64,000 nucleotides of DNA from positions 620,001-684,000 of the forward strand of contig NW_026515683.1 of assembly GCF_025526975.1 (NCBI RefSeq). The letters run 5' to 3'. Below, one piece after another: positions 1-16,695 of this stretch; within the stretch, counting starts at the first letter, position 1, and the number at the start of each line of letters is the position of its first letter. Both the position numbers and the translations under genes were made by a program. The notes under the pieces are model-generated. The model was not told where the DNA came from, did no database searches, and saw nothing but the letters and a program-made list of their open reading frames with translations. This DNA comes from Fimicolochytrium jonesii. Its lineage: Eukaryota.

Positions 1-190
1 TACTCACTTTCTAGAATCTAGCCATTCCCAAACGCGTCGTCCCGCTTACATAAGGCGCTTGTAAGTTGCGCAGAAGGCCGAATGACGAGTCTACGTATAA
101 AAAGCGATCTACTTTCCTTGCCCTCCGTACATACTGTCCACGCATTCCCCGCCAGACAGTCACCGCGCGCTTCGAACAGTCAGTCCTAAG

Positions 191-2285
191 ATGGCGTCCG
201 ACAGCGAGTGTGAGGTGCTGGAGCAGGACGCCGAAAAATACTTCCACGCTATCGTACGGCTCTTCGGTGATAATTCTCTCACCCCAAGCGCGTTCATTGA
301 CGAGCTATTCGAGGACAATAAGGCAGCGGCGATTGCGTACGGGGCAACAAACGCTCTAACACTTTATAAGGCACTGTTGAACCGGCTATTAGAACATGCA
401 AACAGCCTGTACGTCACAGCAAAGAAGGAACAGGAGGCAGATCAGACCGCAGTCACCCGAGCGCTAGATTACTTGAAAAGAATCAAGAGGTTCATAGATA
501 GCAAGGCAAGTGCACCTCATCGAGTTCTTCCCCATTACCCCATTAGATAGGGTCATTCAGTCGTACTCCCTCACCCCGTATGAGCGCAATGCTTCCAGGG
601 CGGGAGGTTAAAGCGAGTGGCGCGAAATGCGTCCAAAGTGCACGGCTGCGATGGCGGGTCTGGTACTCCCTCACCCCGTATGAGCGCAATGCTTCCAGGG
701 CGGGAGGTTAAAGCGAGTGGCGCGAAATGCGTCCAAAGTGCACCGGACCCTTCCTCAAGCACAATCTCTCATCTTTGTTTTGCCACTCTCGTGATTACTG
801 ACATCACCTCCCGCGTCAGGCCAACAATGATACAAAGTTCTTTACAACCTACTTCGAAGAGGTTGCCTCACGGCCCAAAAACAACAGAGTTTTCACATCG
901 GGAATGTGCACACTCGCCGGCCGGGTCGCTTCCGAGCTTGGCCCGAAGCGTGCTCTCAGGCCAGAGCGACACCTGGCCTCGCCACCAGAACGGATCGCAC
1001 CAAAGCGACGGAAAACCAATGTGCGCGGTTCAGGCAAGCCGAACATCAAAACACCGAATAAATTTGAGTTACGCCCAGTACTGAAGGAGTGAGTCAATGG
1101 AGAGTTACTGGGTTGCGTCCTCTGCTGCGCAATGCTGAAGATCTCCCTCCCTGACAGGCTACTGGCGGTCGAAATTATACCAGTACTGAAGAGCCGACGA
1201 CAGGAATTACCGAACTATCCGGAGCTCCTGAAAGAGCTGGAGTCATACCAGTTTATTACTTACGTAGATGAATGCATACGTGAATGGATTTTGAAGCTGG
1301 CAGCGGTACGAGCGTCGGACGCATGCGTCTCGCACTTTGATCAGCTCACTGAGTCGGGCTTCACTCTTAGCTGGAAATTCACGAAGCTGGGGTGAGCTTC
1401 AAGGACAACCTAGTGGAATACTCAAATGAGAGGCATAAACATATCGCCTTTCACACGCTGTTCCAGTGTAAGTATGATCGTCTCCTCAAAATCAGCGGGA
1501 TACAATCTCACCCTTGCCGAATAGTTTTTTCGTTGGTGCGTTTCTATCCCTATGCATCCTTACCTACGCATGGATCGGAACGGAAGTTCCTTGTTGAGCG
1601 CATTACCCAACTGTTATCCCTGTTGGAGCATCGCACCGGTGAAGTGCGCTGGGCCTACATTGAAGCGCAGGCAACGTCGACCCTGCAGATCCAGGAAGTA
1701 ACGGGGTCCCGCTCGTCGACGTATCACGTGGATGTTCTGGGTTGTTCTGCAGAGAACCAATATGAAGTTGTCTTTGTTGAGCAATCGGGCGGGCCAACCA
1801 GTCGTGATCAGACGCACTGCCTAGATGACTCGGAAGAGTTGATTAATGAAGCGATCAACGGGCTAAGGGCAATATTATGCGAGAACTTGGACGCGCCCAT
1901 TAAGAGCGCCGGGAAGTTGCGAACGTATTGTATACAAGTCATACGTAAGTGTGGAAACTTTGGGAAAGGTATATATCCCCGAGTACTAACTTAGATGTCA
2001 TCCGCCGCAGGTGATCGTGTCACACTACTAGCCGTTCAGATAATCGGGCCTAACAAATACGCAATTCTGGAGCTGAAGTCGGCTCGCTTCCCCAATGACT
2101 GGGAACACCTGGATCTTTTCATCGACGTCCTTGAGCTCGCCTTTTGTCTTGTGGCGGAAATGAAAAAACAAAAGCAAGCCCGCAAGACTCTTCGTCTCGA
2201 GAGCCGCAGCCATTCTATGAGTACTACGGAAACGCGATGTCGCGAGTGGCTGACGCCGGTCCATACGAGAGTAGAGAAGGAATGA
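191..2285 (+). pseudogene. Multi-exon gene with C-terminal PD-(D/E)xK-like (REase-fold) domain; apparent 1-nt frameshift near 1390
   Basis: Phase-consistent introns 506-819 (GC-AG), 1089-1157, 1468-1524 and 1945-2010 (TACTAAC branch point) join the ORFs. C-terminal motif ERKFL...HVDVLG...EVVFVEQSGG...HCLDDS...IQVIRDRVTL...ELKSARFP. At ctgGGGtga (~1390) one extra G would join the frames; the only in-phase acceptor nearby is a weak GAG. Confidence 0.6.
563..743. repeat. Direct tandem duplication, 81-bp identical units (563-643, 663-743), period exactly 100 bp
   Basis: GTACTCCCTCACCCCG...GTCCAAAGTGCAC read twice, separated by 19 bp; lies within predicted intron 506-819. Confidence 0.95.
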
Positions 2286-3894
2286 CGCTGCTGGCTCATG
2301 GATCTTGCTTGAGGCAGAGTTTTGGGCAGTGGGTCATCAGAAGATTAGGGGTTGGAACTGGAATATGGATGCATGGAAATGAGGGAGTGCGGGCGCTCCT
2401 TCCTCCCCGCTCGCGGCATTTTGTTTTTGGGGGCACCCTGGCGTATTGGGCTGCTTTATTTTTGGGCCTAGATTCTTCCTGTACGACTGAATTTGGCCAT
2501 GTTATCCTGTAATGGAAGGAATTAGGCATAGGTTCCTCCTACCCAAATCACATGAGACACGGTAAGCGGTAGAGGCTCCCATACTCTGCGGGAATTGATA
2601 GGTATGTGGACGTAACCATCAGGTTGCGCCCGCGAGAAGCAGGAATCTTAGGATGGATGTCATTCGCGTTCATCACATGGCCCCAAGGTGGCAGGAACCC
2701 CAAGCGAGTGTACGAGTTGAATGGGTGGCCTTGTTGAGTATCGGTCAAGAGAGGCTACCACAGCAGCGTTTTACGGCGGGCCCCACATGTGCTAACTTGG
2801 CTATCATAAACTATCACCCCTACGGGAGAAAACTTGGCGGGCACATTGCGAGCTCAATTGCGGGCTCAATTGATCATTTGATATTTAAAAGAGATAAGGA
2901 GGAAGGGCAGTTACGGTTGTGCAAGCACTCAAAACGAGAAATCAGAAAGGTCAGGAAGCACACGAGTGTCGTCGACGTCGTACCTGGGCCGAATACAACG
3001 CTGCACCCCGAGAAAGGTGATGCCAGCAAGCCTGCAAGTCATTCAATACCTCTAGCGCTAGCCGCTTGGTGCTGAGCTTCATGAGAGCTAGGGTATGTAC
3101 AGTACTGAACAGTCAACCTGACAGTCAGCCTGACAGTCAACGGACATACTGTAGGCCGTCGCAGAGCTTCGCGTCTCTACGCTCGAGGGCGACTTCCGGA
3201 ATGTCTGCGCCGATTTGAGCGCTTCGAACACCTCGTCCTGAAAACCCAACTGATTCCCGAAAGCGTAGTACTCGTCTTCGCTGATGTACTTGAGGACGGA
3301 CCGACCGGGTACATTTGGGGTGGCAATGGGCGGAACCTCAACGTACTTGCGAGCTTTCTTGCGGTTGTCGAACCAGCATTGAGACTTGCCATAACCTTTA
3401 CAAAATACCATGCTGGAGTAGAAGGCCCAAAGGGCGTCTTGGCTCGTCTGCCCTCCGTAAAGCCCTAAAGGGTTGGCGCCGGGTATGGTTTGAGTAGAGT
3501 TGTGAGTTGAGTGTCAAATATGTAGGCGTTCTTTAAAGTTAACCGTTGTAGAGGATGAGACGTTGAAGTATGCACCAACGGCAGTAAAATGTTATTTTTG
3601 AGGCAGACTCCGGCCATGTTCGCTCAACGACGCCATTGCAGTACGTAGATGTTGGATTTGAGGGACACTCCGGTCACCTTCAAAAACGCCATTGCGTCGT
3701 TGAGCGAAGACAGAATTGAACATGGACTTTTGTTCGCTGCTGATGAGATCCAATTTCGAAGGAAGAAGGGCATTGCCCTAGATATCTTATAATACAGAAA
3801 GCGAAGGCGGTGTCTAGTTGTGTGTTGAGAAGATATTTCAATTCCGACAGACCAAGCCGTGAATTCTATTGTAATCAATCGTTGTACCATGCTA

Positions 3895-3967
3895 CAGTAG
3901 AATGCCAAAACGGACGTTACGACGGCCGCGTCCATGCCGTCGTAACGTCCGTTTTGGCATCCTACTG
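3895..3967. mobile_element. 73-bp Tc1/mariner-type mini-MITE
   Basis: 32-bp TIRs (CAGTAGAATGCCAAAACGGACGTTACGACGGC, 1 mismatch) around a 9-bp spacer; TA on both flanks (3893-94, 3968-69). Confidence 0.85.
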
Positions 3968-3969
3968 TA

Positions 3970-4530
3970 TTACGCCGCCGACGATCTCTTCGCTCGTTTC
4001 TTCCATTCCTTACGGAATGATGTCAGAGACTCCTTAAACGCTTTCTCTTCTTGAAAGCCTTTCCGAATCCCGAACACATCTCTAACCAACGGGGCCAAAT
4101 CGTGGGAGGTACAGACGTGGTAATCTTTCGATCGTCCTTCAGAACTCGCCGACACTTTCTCAGCCATCGCCGCTTGAACACATTGTTGGAACGACAACCC
4201 CGAATTGGTCGGAAATGCGAGCAAGAAATCTACTTCGGATGTCGAAAAGTAAGCGGAAGACAGGTAATAAGTGGCGGCAGGGTCACTTTCTAATCGATCA
4301 CGGGCGTCGGGATCGCTTCTAAAGGTAAGGAGATCGTTTAGATAGATCTTAGTCTTCGCAAAGAGCTGCTTATTCGCGTGAAGCGCTGGCAGGGCCGCCT
4401 CGTATTCTTTCAAAGCGGTGCACATTTCGATGACCAGAGCCACAATTTCGTTGGAACCTATCAGTTTGGGAAATACAGATATGAGCACCGCAGATTCAGA
4501 CATTCGGAACGGCATGGCGGAATCACTCAC
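3970..4530 (-). CDS. Hypothetical protein (~180 aa)
   Basis: Uninterrupted ORF with globular composition (HDLAPLVRDVFGI); start codon uncertain. Confidence 0.45.
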   Translation of the reverse strand: MSDSAMPFRMSESAVLISVFPKLIGSNEIVALVIEMCTALKEYEAALPALHANKQLFAKTKIYLNDLLTFRSDPDARDRLESDPAATYYLSSAYFSTSEVDFLLAFPTNSGLSFQQCVQAAMAEKVSASSEGRSKDYHVCTSHDLAPLVRDVFGIRKGFQEEKAFKESLTSFRKEWKKRAKRSSAA

Positions 4531-5125
4531 GCTTGTGCCCGCGACAGAGACACTTCACCCAAACATCGGTGGAGAGCACGATACTTATTGGCTGTCCTTC
4601 GGAGTCGAATGACTTTAAAGCTATCCGTGACAGCGCCGTCCCTTTTTTGGCCTCGATCTTCACGAAGGCCAACAGTCCGTCTACGTCCACCCGAATGGTT
4701 GTCTTTCCATCGGTGATGTTGAGACCATCCTGATCGAGTTCCTCGACCGGCGTCATAGTAAATGGGTCCACCGGGTTGTCAGAGGCTGCGATCGTCAGTC
4801 TACGCAAATCTTGCGCCAGGGACAGGGCATCCGTTTCGCTAGCATTCCGACTAACGTGGGGCGTCGTGTTGGGTGACGTGCTATCGACTGCCCGAAACAC
4901 AACATCGAAGTAGGCCGCGCCCGCAGAGTAGTGAGTGGTGACAAACGAGAGCATTCTATCGTCGGGAACTCGAAGCCACACTTTGGCGTCACATGCTTTT
5001 AGCCAACAAATTGATCCTACGGGAAGGTCAGGCAACGCCGTCCGAACTTGGTCCAAAGTGACTCCGCTCGGACAAGGTTCGCCGACGCTATCGACTTCGG
5101 CATAAAGCCTCCAGGCACAGTGCAT
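4523..5125 (-). CDS. Hypothetical protein (200 aa), possibly part of the same gene as 3970-4530
   Basis: ATG-started ORF overlapping the next ORF by 8 nt; no recognised domain. Confidence 0.3.
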   Translation of the reverse strand: MHCAWRLYAEVDSVGEPCPSGVTLDQVRTALPDLPVGSICWLKACDAKVWLRVPDDRMLSFVTTHYSAGAAYFDVVFRAVDSTSPNTTPHVSRNASETDALSLAQDLRRLTIAASDNPVDPFTMTPVEELDQDGLNITDGKTTIRVDVDGLLAFVKIEAKKGTALSRIALKSFDSEGQPISIVLSTDVWVKCLCRGHKRE

Positions 5126-6843
5126 TCCTCATATACCAGGCGGAATTCAACCATGGTGTTATGGTACGGCGACGATGAAAAAGGAACAGTGCAATGGACT
5201 GCAAACGCTTTAGTGGTAAACGTCAAGGTGGCCAGGTAACGTAAAGGAGGGTTTGGGCAAAGTCGTTATATTCAATTACAAGTGGGGTGAAACGCTGCCG
5301 TGAATGATTCAAAGAACGTACTGTATGTTCTAGAGATGGAAGTGAAGCTTTGCGCATGGGATATTGGTTTGCTACGTAGAGGAGCAGCTGTAATTAGAAT
5401 GTGCTAAGGCGGCTATTTTTGGTGGCTCAGTGCGCACATACGTTTGCGCAAGTCGGGTCGCCGACCATCGCGTGAATATGGACATGGACCCCCAACAATT
5501 CTAGTACATAATGTGCGCAGGAGGCCGCTCTTCAAAACGGTATCATTACCTTTTTTATTATTACAACAAAAACAAAAGAAAATACTAATCTAAGGAAACC
5601 TGCGCATCGTCATCATCAAATCACGCAAACTCCTCCTCGCTCTCCTCCCCCGGGGTCCCAGTCCGGCTCCATTCCTGTATGGTGGTGTTACGGTGGCTAA
5701 TAATGACCTTCATGACCTCCTCAGTGACTTTGGGGCAGTTGCGGCATAGGCCCTTTGCTCCAAGTGCGGCCAGCCTGCCGAGGTGCATGCAGCATCCACA
5801 TGGAAGAGCAACGCACATTCCAGGGCCACACGGGAAGGCATACTTGGTAACGTCGATGTGAGGTCCAAGCTTGACTTTGAGCTGGCCCTGTTCGATGCGT
5901 CCCCGCTGCGCTAGAGGAACAACGGCCTCCCCAAGAAGCAGCCCATCATCGCCAGCGACTGCAGCAGTGAATCGATACAATGGCACTAGGAGGAGGTTCA
6001 GACATTAGCGACTTGCATCCACCAGCAAATGGTCTCAGGGACATACGTATAATTCGGGGGTGAGTGCACCTGCATCTCTGAAAAGGCAGTCGTCCGAGAG
6101 ATGTCTGATCCTTGCTTGGCCCATCAAACAGGTTGCATCAATGGTCCCAAAAGAGCAACGAGAGCAGCCAGATCCACTGGACTTGTTCTGTTGGCCTAGG
6201 GAAGGAGAGGACAGGGAACGCTGCAATCTCGTGAAGCACAATCGCCAAGGGGTGCACAACAATGGCAGAGGCTACCAAGCCCTATGCACGTCAATTCCCT
6301 CACACCCACCCCTTTGCGGTGCATCGCTGCCCCTGGCCACACAGTGATCTTGTCGTTTTCGGAAAAGGCACTTGCCGCGAGCGGGGTCGCCATCAATATG
6401 CAGGGAAACAGAACCCGCCACCTATCTGCGGAAGAGTATTCCTTCCCGTGCCATCCATAAGTAGATCATAGGACACATCTTCCGAAACGGAAGGTACATC
6501 GCTTGGCACTATATGATTATTGACTACGTGCAGTTACATACAAAGTTGGGTATGGACAAATGAGAAGGCTGTGGCTAATGGAGTGCTGCGCCACCCATGT
6601 CCGGATGTCTCTCTCTCGTCTCCGTCTCACTCTCCAACACTTCCCCGTTGCATATCGGACCGAAAATACTTAGTATCACGTCAACCTCCCGCCCCCACCA
6701 GCTGCGATAGCAACACATAGGGCCGCCCAACTGACGCTTCTACAAACGCTCACTGCGAACTGTATCCCTGCATTGCTTCTTTCCTTACAGACTATTCCCC
6801 CTCTTGAGTACACCCCCACCGCCTTCGCAAAACGTCAAAAACA

Positions 6844-8160
6844 ATGGTCGACACAACAGCACACCCCTCAAACGGAAACGGAGACGGCAACGGCATCCCC
6901 TCGTCCGTCGCAACACCACCACCACCAGCAGCAACTGACTCTCCGCGCACAAGCTCGCCGTCGGAGCATCAACAGTCTTCGTCGTCTTCTTCGTCTTCTT
7001 CGTCCGCTGTGATATCGCCTCAGAAGGAGGAATATGAGCCGCTTTTGACACCCAATGCGAGAAGATTTGTGTTGTTTCCTATTCAGTACCAGGAGGTGGG
7101 TTGCGCGAGCGGTTGCGAGGGATGTGGGGCGGTGGTGAGGGAGGAAGTTTGCGCGAGCGGAGCGAGCACCATAGTGTTTTGTATCCATCCCATCAACCAT
7201 CCAACCAACGCACTCCATGGCTCATCTCCTTCCCTATCAATTCTTCAGGTCTGGCAAATGTACAAGAAAGCGGAAGCATCGTTCTGGACGGCGGAGGAAG
7301 TCGACCTCTCCAAAGACATCCAGGACTGGGAAAACAAGCTGACAGACAACGAGCGGTTCTTTATTTCGCGCGTGCTAGCCTTCTTCGCCGCCTCTGACGG
7401 GATCGTGAACGAAAACCTCGTCGAGCGTTTCTCCAATGACGTGCAGATCGCCGAAGCGCGCTGCTTCTACGGCTTCCAAATCATGATCGAAAACATCCAC
7501 TCGGAGATGTACTCCCTCCTCATCGACACCTACATCAAAGACGCACGTGAAAAGGCCCTCCTCTTCGACGCCCTCGAAACCGTGCCCTGCATCCGCAAAA
7601 AGGCCGACTGGGCCCTCCGCTGGATCTCGGACGACTCCACATCCTTCGCACTCCGTCTCGTCGCCTTTGCAGCGGTAGAAGGAATCTTTTTCAGCGGCTC
7701 CTTCGCAGCCATCTTCTGGCTCAAAAAACGCGGCCTCATGCCGGGCTTGACGTTCTCCAACGAACTCATCTGTCGCGACGAAGGCCTCCACACAGACTTT
7801 GCCTGTCTCCTCTTCTCCCTCCTCCGCACCAAACCCGCCTTCTCCTCCATCCGCACCCTCCTCCGTGAAGCCGTCACCATCGAACAAGAATTCCTCACCT
7901 CATCCCTCCCCTGCGCCCTCATCGGGATGAACGCGACACTGATGTGCCGGTACATTGAGTTTGTCGCCGACCGCTTGTTTGTCGCCCTGGGGTACGACAA
8001 GGAGTATGGCGTGGAGAACCCGTTTGACTTTATGGAGTTGATTTCGTTGCAGGGGAAGACGAACTTTTTTGAGAAGAAGGTCGGCGAGTATCAGATGGCG
8101 GGGGTTATGAGGGAGGAGGGGGAGGAGGGGAGGGAATTTACTTTGGATGCAGATTTTTAG
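6844..8160 (+). CDS. RNR2: Ribonucleotide reductase small subunit (class I R2)
   Basis: [57 protein letters not shown] and C-terminal FTLDADF; intron 7096-7248. Confidence 0.98.
   Translation: MVDTTAHPSNGNGDGNGIPSSVATPPPPAATDSPRTSSPSEHQQSSSSSSSSSSAVISPQKEEYEPLLTPNARRFVLFPIQYQEVGCASGCEGCGAVVREEVCASGASTIVFCIHPINHPTNALHGSSPSLSILQVWQMYKKAEASFWTAEEVDLSKDIQDWENKLTDNERFFISRVLAFFAASDGIVNENLVERFSNDVQIAEARCFYGFQIMIENIHSEMYSLLIDTYIKDAREKALLFDALETVPCIRKKADWALRWISDDSTSFALRLVAFAAVEGIFFSGSFAAIFWLKKRGLMPGLTFSNELICRDEGLHTDFACLLFSLLRTKPAFSSIRTLLREAVTIEQEFLTSSLPCALIGMNATLMCRYIEFVADRLFVALGYDKEYGVENPFDFMELISLQGKTNFFEKKVGEYQMAGVMREEGEEGREFTLDADF
7096..7248 (+). repeat. RNR2 intron, member of shared intron-sequence family
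   Basis: Contains GCGAGCGGTTGCGAG, GCGAGCGGAGCGAGCA and CTCCATGGCTCA, matching the ALKBH6 and AKR introns. Confidence 0.7.
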
Positions 8161-8537
8161 AGGGGGGTGGGTGGGTGAGGGAAAAGCGGGTGGGTTGGGA
8201 GTGGGGGTACCATCACCTTGGTATTGTATGTTCCAGCGGATAATGAAACCCGCATGGGGCCGTCCACGAGATGGCATTGAGTAGGAGAGTAGCGGGCACG
8301 AAAGGACGCAGGGTCGTGGGGCACTTTGCACAGTACAATAAGAGGCCCGTTCGGCTTTTTGGACTCCTATGTGGTGTGTTGCGGAAACCTGAGAGCTTGT
8401 GTACCATTAAAGATGACACGGGCTGATGAACTTTGAAGCGACCTTATCGCGGTACGTCGTCGGTTATAACCCATTCCCCTCTATTAGAGATCACGGAAGG
8501 CAAGCCGATGGACCTTCCTATGTACTGTATGTATGTA

Positions 8538-8665
8538 CAGTCACCTCGCAAAACTCTGTACCCCCCCTCTAATTGAAATCAATATTGGTCACTCACGTGA
8601 ATTTGGCGTCGCGGCAGTCGCTGATTTATTTCAGGGGGGGGGTACAGAGTTTTGCGAGGTGACTG
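8538..8665. mobile_element. 128-bp Tc1/mariner-type MITE
   Basis: Perfect 30-bp TIRs CAGTCACCTCGCAAAACTCTGTACCCCCCC (8538-8567 and 8636-8665); TA on both flanks. Confidence 0.9.
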
Positions 8666-9013
8666 TACTGTACAATCGCGTGGGCAGATTGTGGAACGCG
8701 CCGTGCAACTCGCACCCCAGCAAACGTCATGGCGCCGGGCGGGGATTCGGGAGGAGGTGGCCGAGTACAGAAAGTTGCATTGGAGCGGGACGGCCGAGGA
8801 AGCCGGAGCCACAAATTCCTTGCAGCACTGGGGCTTCCCACACCTTTCAGGATCACTGTGATGCGCATTGGTCGATGTCACGAAGAGGAAATCACAGATG
8901 CGAGAGGGAACCTCCCAGCGCCCCTCGATGATGACGAGAAGCCTGCCATCAAAAGAAGCAAGAAGCGAAAGATAAAACATTATATAAGCAACGGGACTCA
9001 TAGATATTACCAA

Positions 9014-9085
9014 GGGGTGGTAACTCAGTGGTAGAGTGTCTCGTTCGCATCGAGGAAGCCCGGAGTTCAATCCTCCGTCACTCCA
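9014..9085 (+). tRNA. tRNA-Ala(CGC)
   Basis: Cloverleaf: acceptor GGGGTGG/TCACTCC with G3:U70 alanine determinant, anticodon arm TCTCG-TTCGCAT-CGAGG, T-loop GTTCAATC, discriminator A, downstream T-run terminator. Confidence 0.95.
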
Positions 9086-9255
9086 CACATTTTTGGACTT
9101 TTGTGCGATCTACGAACCGTGAAAGTCCGCCTGAAGGCCTCGGGTGGATTTCGACAGCGCGTTGTCCCGTCATCTTCGCCAAAAAAGACGATAAACAGAA
9201 CCCTTCCGACATCCATATCTTGTCCACAAACACACATCCACCCGCCTCCTCTAAA

Positions 9256-10284
9256 ATGCCGCCAAAAAAGAAACCCGCATCCGCCAGCGGTGCCAAAAAG
9301 AAATCCAAGAGTAAAGAAGTAGGCGCGTTCCCCCTCTCTCTGTCTCTCTCTCTGTCACCCGGCGTGGTGCCAAAAAAATAATCATATATCCAACGCAGAC
9401 TAACGTTTTCGCTTAGTTGGCCAGGATCTGGAACTCCAAGAAAAACTCGTGAAAGCCGCAGCGGAGAATGATGCGCTCACCAGGGAGCTCGGTACGTGCA
9501 AAAACAACAACACAAAACCCCCCGTCCATCTTCCGTGTTCAATTCATCACTCTCTCTCTATCACTCTCTTCTCTGCATGCATTTGCTTCATCCACGTAGC
9601 CCACCAATCCAGCCTCTCGCACCGTCTCCAACTCACCATCGAGGCCCAGCGCGCGCGTATATTAGAGTTGGAAGACGTGGTGGAACGCAAAGGGAAGGAT
9701 CGGATGGATCTGAGCACAGACATGGGGCGGCAGTACAAGGCGATGCAGAGCGAGATGTGTGCGAAGGTGGCGGGGTTGGAGGGGGTTGTGGCGGAGTTGG
9801 GAGGGAGGTTGGGTGAGTATGGGGGAGCGAAGGCGAGCAGAACGTGGACATAAGATGATGTATATTCATTACCCCCGCCAGTCACTGATCACCCGTTCCC
9901 CCCTCCCTCCTTTGATTTGCTTTTCAGCGGCCTCCCAAGCAGCCCTAGCCGAATCCCTCCGCGAACGCGCGCAGATCGTCGCTGAAAAAGAAACCGCGCT
10001 CGAAGACCAGCACCAGAAGATGTCGTACATGTCCAACGAGTTTGAAAGCATGCTCAATGTAACTATTACAAAAGATACCTACCGTCCATCATCCCACCCC
10101 CTTCCCCACTGATAACCTTATTGGTTTTTTTTTTTGGTAGGAAACACTAGGGAAAATGCACAAGAAACTCGAAACGGTCAGCCAGCGGTGGAAGGAGAGC
10201 GACAACATCCATTTATCGGATGTCAACCAGCGGCGGTTGGCGGATTTTCATCTAACGAGGTTGACGTTGGGGAAGACTGAGTAG
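9256..10284 (+). CDS. CCDC153: Coiled-coil dynein regulatory complex protein DRC12/CCDC153-like
   Basis: Five phase-consistent exons (9256-9318, 9425-9491, 9600-9812, 9928-10058, 10141-10284): MPPKKK start, DMGRQYKAMQ, EFESMLNETLGKM...SQRW...LADFHL, resembling CCDC153 as recalled. Confidence 0.75.
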
Positions 10285-10925
10285 ATCAGAGGGGTGTGGG
10301 TGCGTGCGGGGACGGGTGTGATTGAGGTGTTGGGGAGCGGGATGGAAGGTGATGTGTGGGTTTTGATTGGAAGGGGTGTATGTAGAGGGCTGAGACACGG
10401 TCGTGCAGGAGGGAACGGCCCACGATAACAAAAATGGGATTGAATGAAACGAGCCAGACACCATCAATGCCTCGAATGCGGATCAAGCAGGGGCTCGGTG
10501 ACCCAACCGTAACGCCCAGTGTAAGGAAAATGTCATGTATGTAATAAAGTAAGACTAGACCCAAAACAGAACAAAAAGCAGTCCCTGAAAAGTGCCAGCA
10601 ACAACCCCAAAAAAATCTGCGTCTTCTAACCCCCCGAAAAGTCCCGCCAAAACGCGCCCTTTGCTTTACCTCCCGGCATGGGACGTGCTTCCCATCTCCT
10701 TGCCCCCCTCGCCTCTCCAAGTTCCACCACCCTCTGTATCCACCCGCGTTTTCTACGCAACTGACTCGGCGAAATTCGATGTCTGGCGGTCTGATGACCA
10801 CGATTCCCTCATGTCATCACTACCAGCAGGATCCCTCCCCAGCAGTCCGAAAAACCCATTCCCCAAAACGTTCCCCCAAGAACGCCTCTCCTCCATCCCC
10901 CGACCGCGCTCACACCCCGCCCACC

Positions 10926-13611
<2,686 letters not shown>

Positions 13612-14409
13612 GGTGGACGCGATGGTAAATGGCGATATTTGATGCGGGGAGGTGTCTTCTATGAAGTCTTTACGCGATGCCGACAAGTGCTCGTTTTGTA
13701 TTTCGCCCCGCTACTCTCCGTCGGGTTACTCTATATTCTGGCCGTCTCGACCCCCAAAAACACCCCGTGTGTCCGTTATATGCAGCGCAAGGACGAACAG
13801 AACGCCCTACAAGTTCTGCGTCGAAAGGTTGAGCTATTGCGCTGTGTTATGATGGAGGGGGGGGGAATCGGACACTCCTGAAGTGTCCCCAAGTGCTGGC
13901 TATTCGTCTCGTCTACACACCCGGGACAAGCGGGTATCCAAAGCGCCGCTGTTGTGCAATGAACGCATAGAGCCCTCAAAGCTGAAGGTTGTTACTGAAA
14001 ATAGACGGGTTGAAAGGAGCGCGGAGAAAAAGTTAATTCCCTTCACGCAACAGACAAGACCCGGAGGTTGGGAGGAGTGCGCGAGAACGAGACTGGAGTG
14101 GCACTGGAACGGAACAATCACTCCACGAGTCGTCGTCGACGGCCGTCTGGCCAGTTCGCTTCAATGCCGGAAAGTCACAGGCGACAAAGACGCGACGGGC
14201 CAAGATGAGGAGCATCTCCAAGATGAGCACGTCGGCAAGCAGATGGTACAGGTTCTCGTAGACTCAAAAGGCCCACTAGGTATATATACAAGAACAGATA
14301 GAAGAACGAAAACAAAAATCTCACTCGGCATAGGAGTAGACAGCCAACCTCACCCGCCCCCAATCCAAAAGCACTATTCAAAACATACGCGTAGGTGTAT
14401 ACTCCAACC

Positions 14410-16198
<1,789 letters not shown>

Positions 16199-16695
16199 GT
16201 TTGCGTGGATGGGTGTGATGATTCGATGCTGCTCGCGTTGGGGTGAAGGATGACTTGACGGATGAGGAGGCGGTTTTTATATCAGGACGGAGGTCGAGGT
16301 GGATGAGCTGCCGACCTTTTGCGTCCACTCTCTCGGGTACTGTATGTATCTCTCCGGATTCTGAAAGCACGCAACAAGACGCAATAGCAATAACAAGGGG
16401 GGGATCTGAGGATATCCAAATGGTAATCCGCCGGTTCCCCCTTTCTGACCCCTCGCACAAATGGAAAACTGACCGGAATGTGACAGGTACTTGGACCAGC
16501 CCGACTGACACTTTCTCTCGGGGCCCCATCAGAGCGCACAGAGTTGGGTTGGGAAAATGGTAGCAGCGGAGAGTTCATAGAGTTTTGTTACATCTAGATC
16601 CACTTGTACAAACCCCCTAATCTACGGCGTCTGTTATTTACAATCCACTTCTTATGTACATCCATTCCAGATTTGCCCAGCCCTAAACATGAGAT

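Noticed and set aside
563..743. Repeat-spacer-repeat pattern as a CRISPR array
   Set aside because: Only two units, the 81-bp repeat is too long, the context is a eukaryotic intron, and there are no cas genes.
5621..6500. Cys-rich RING-like fragment (CVALPCGCCMH...CRNC)
   Set aside because: Ligand spacing is incomplete and upstream frames are broken; possibly a relic, but no call can be supported.
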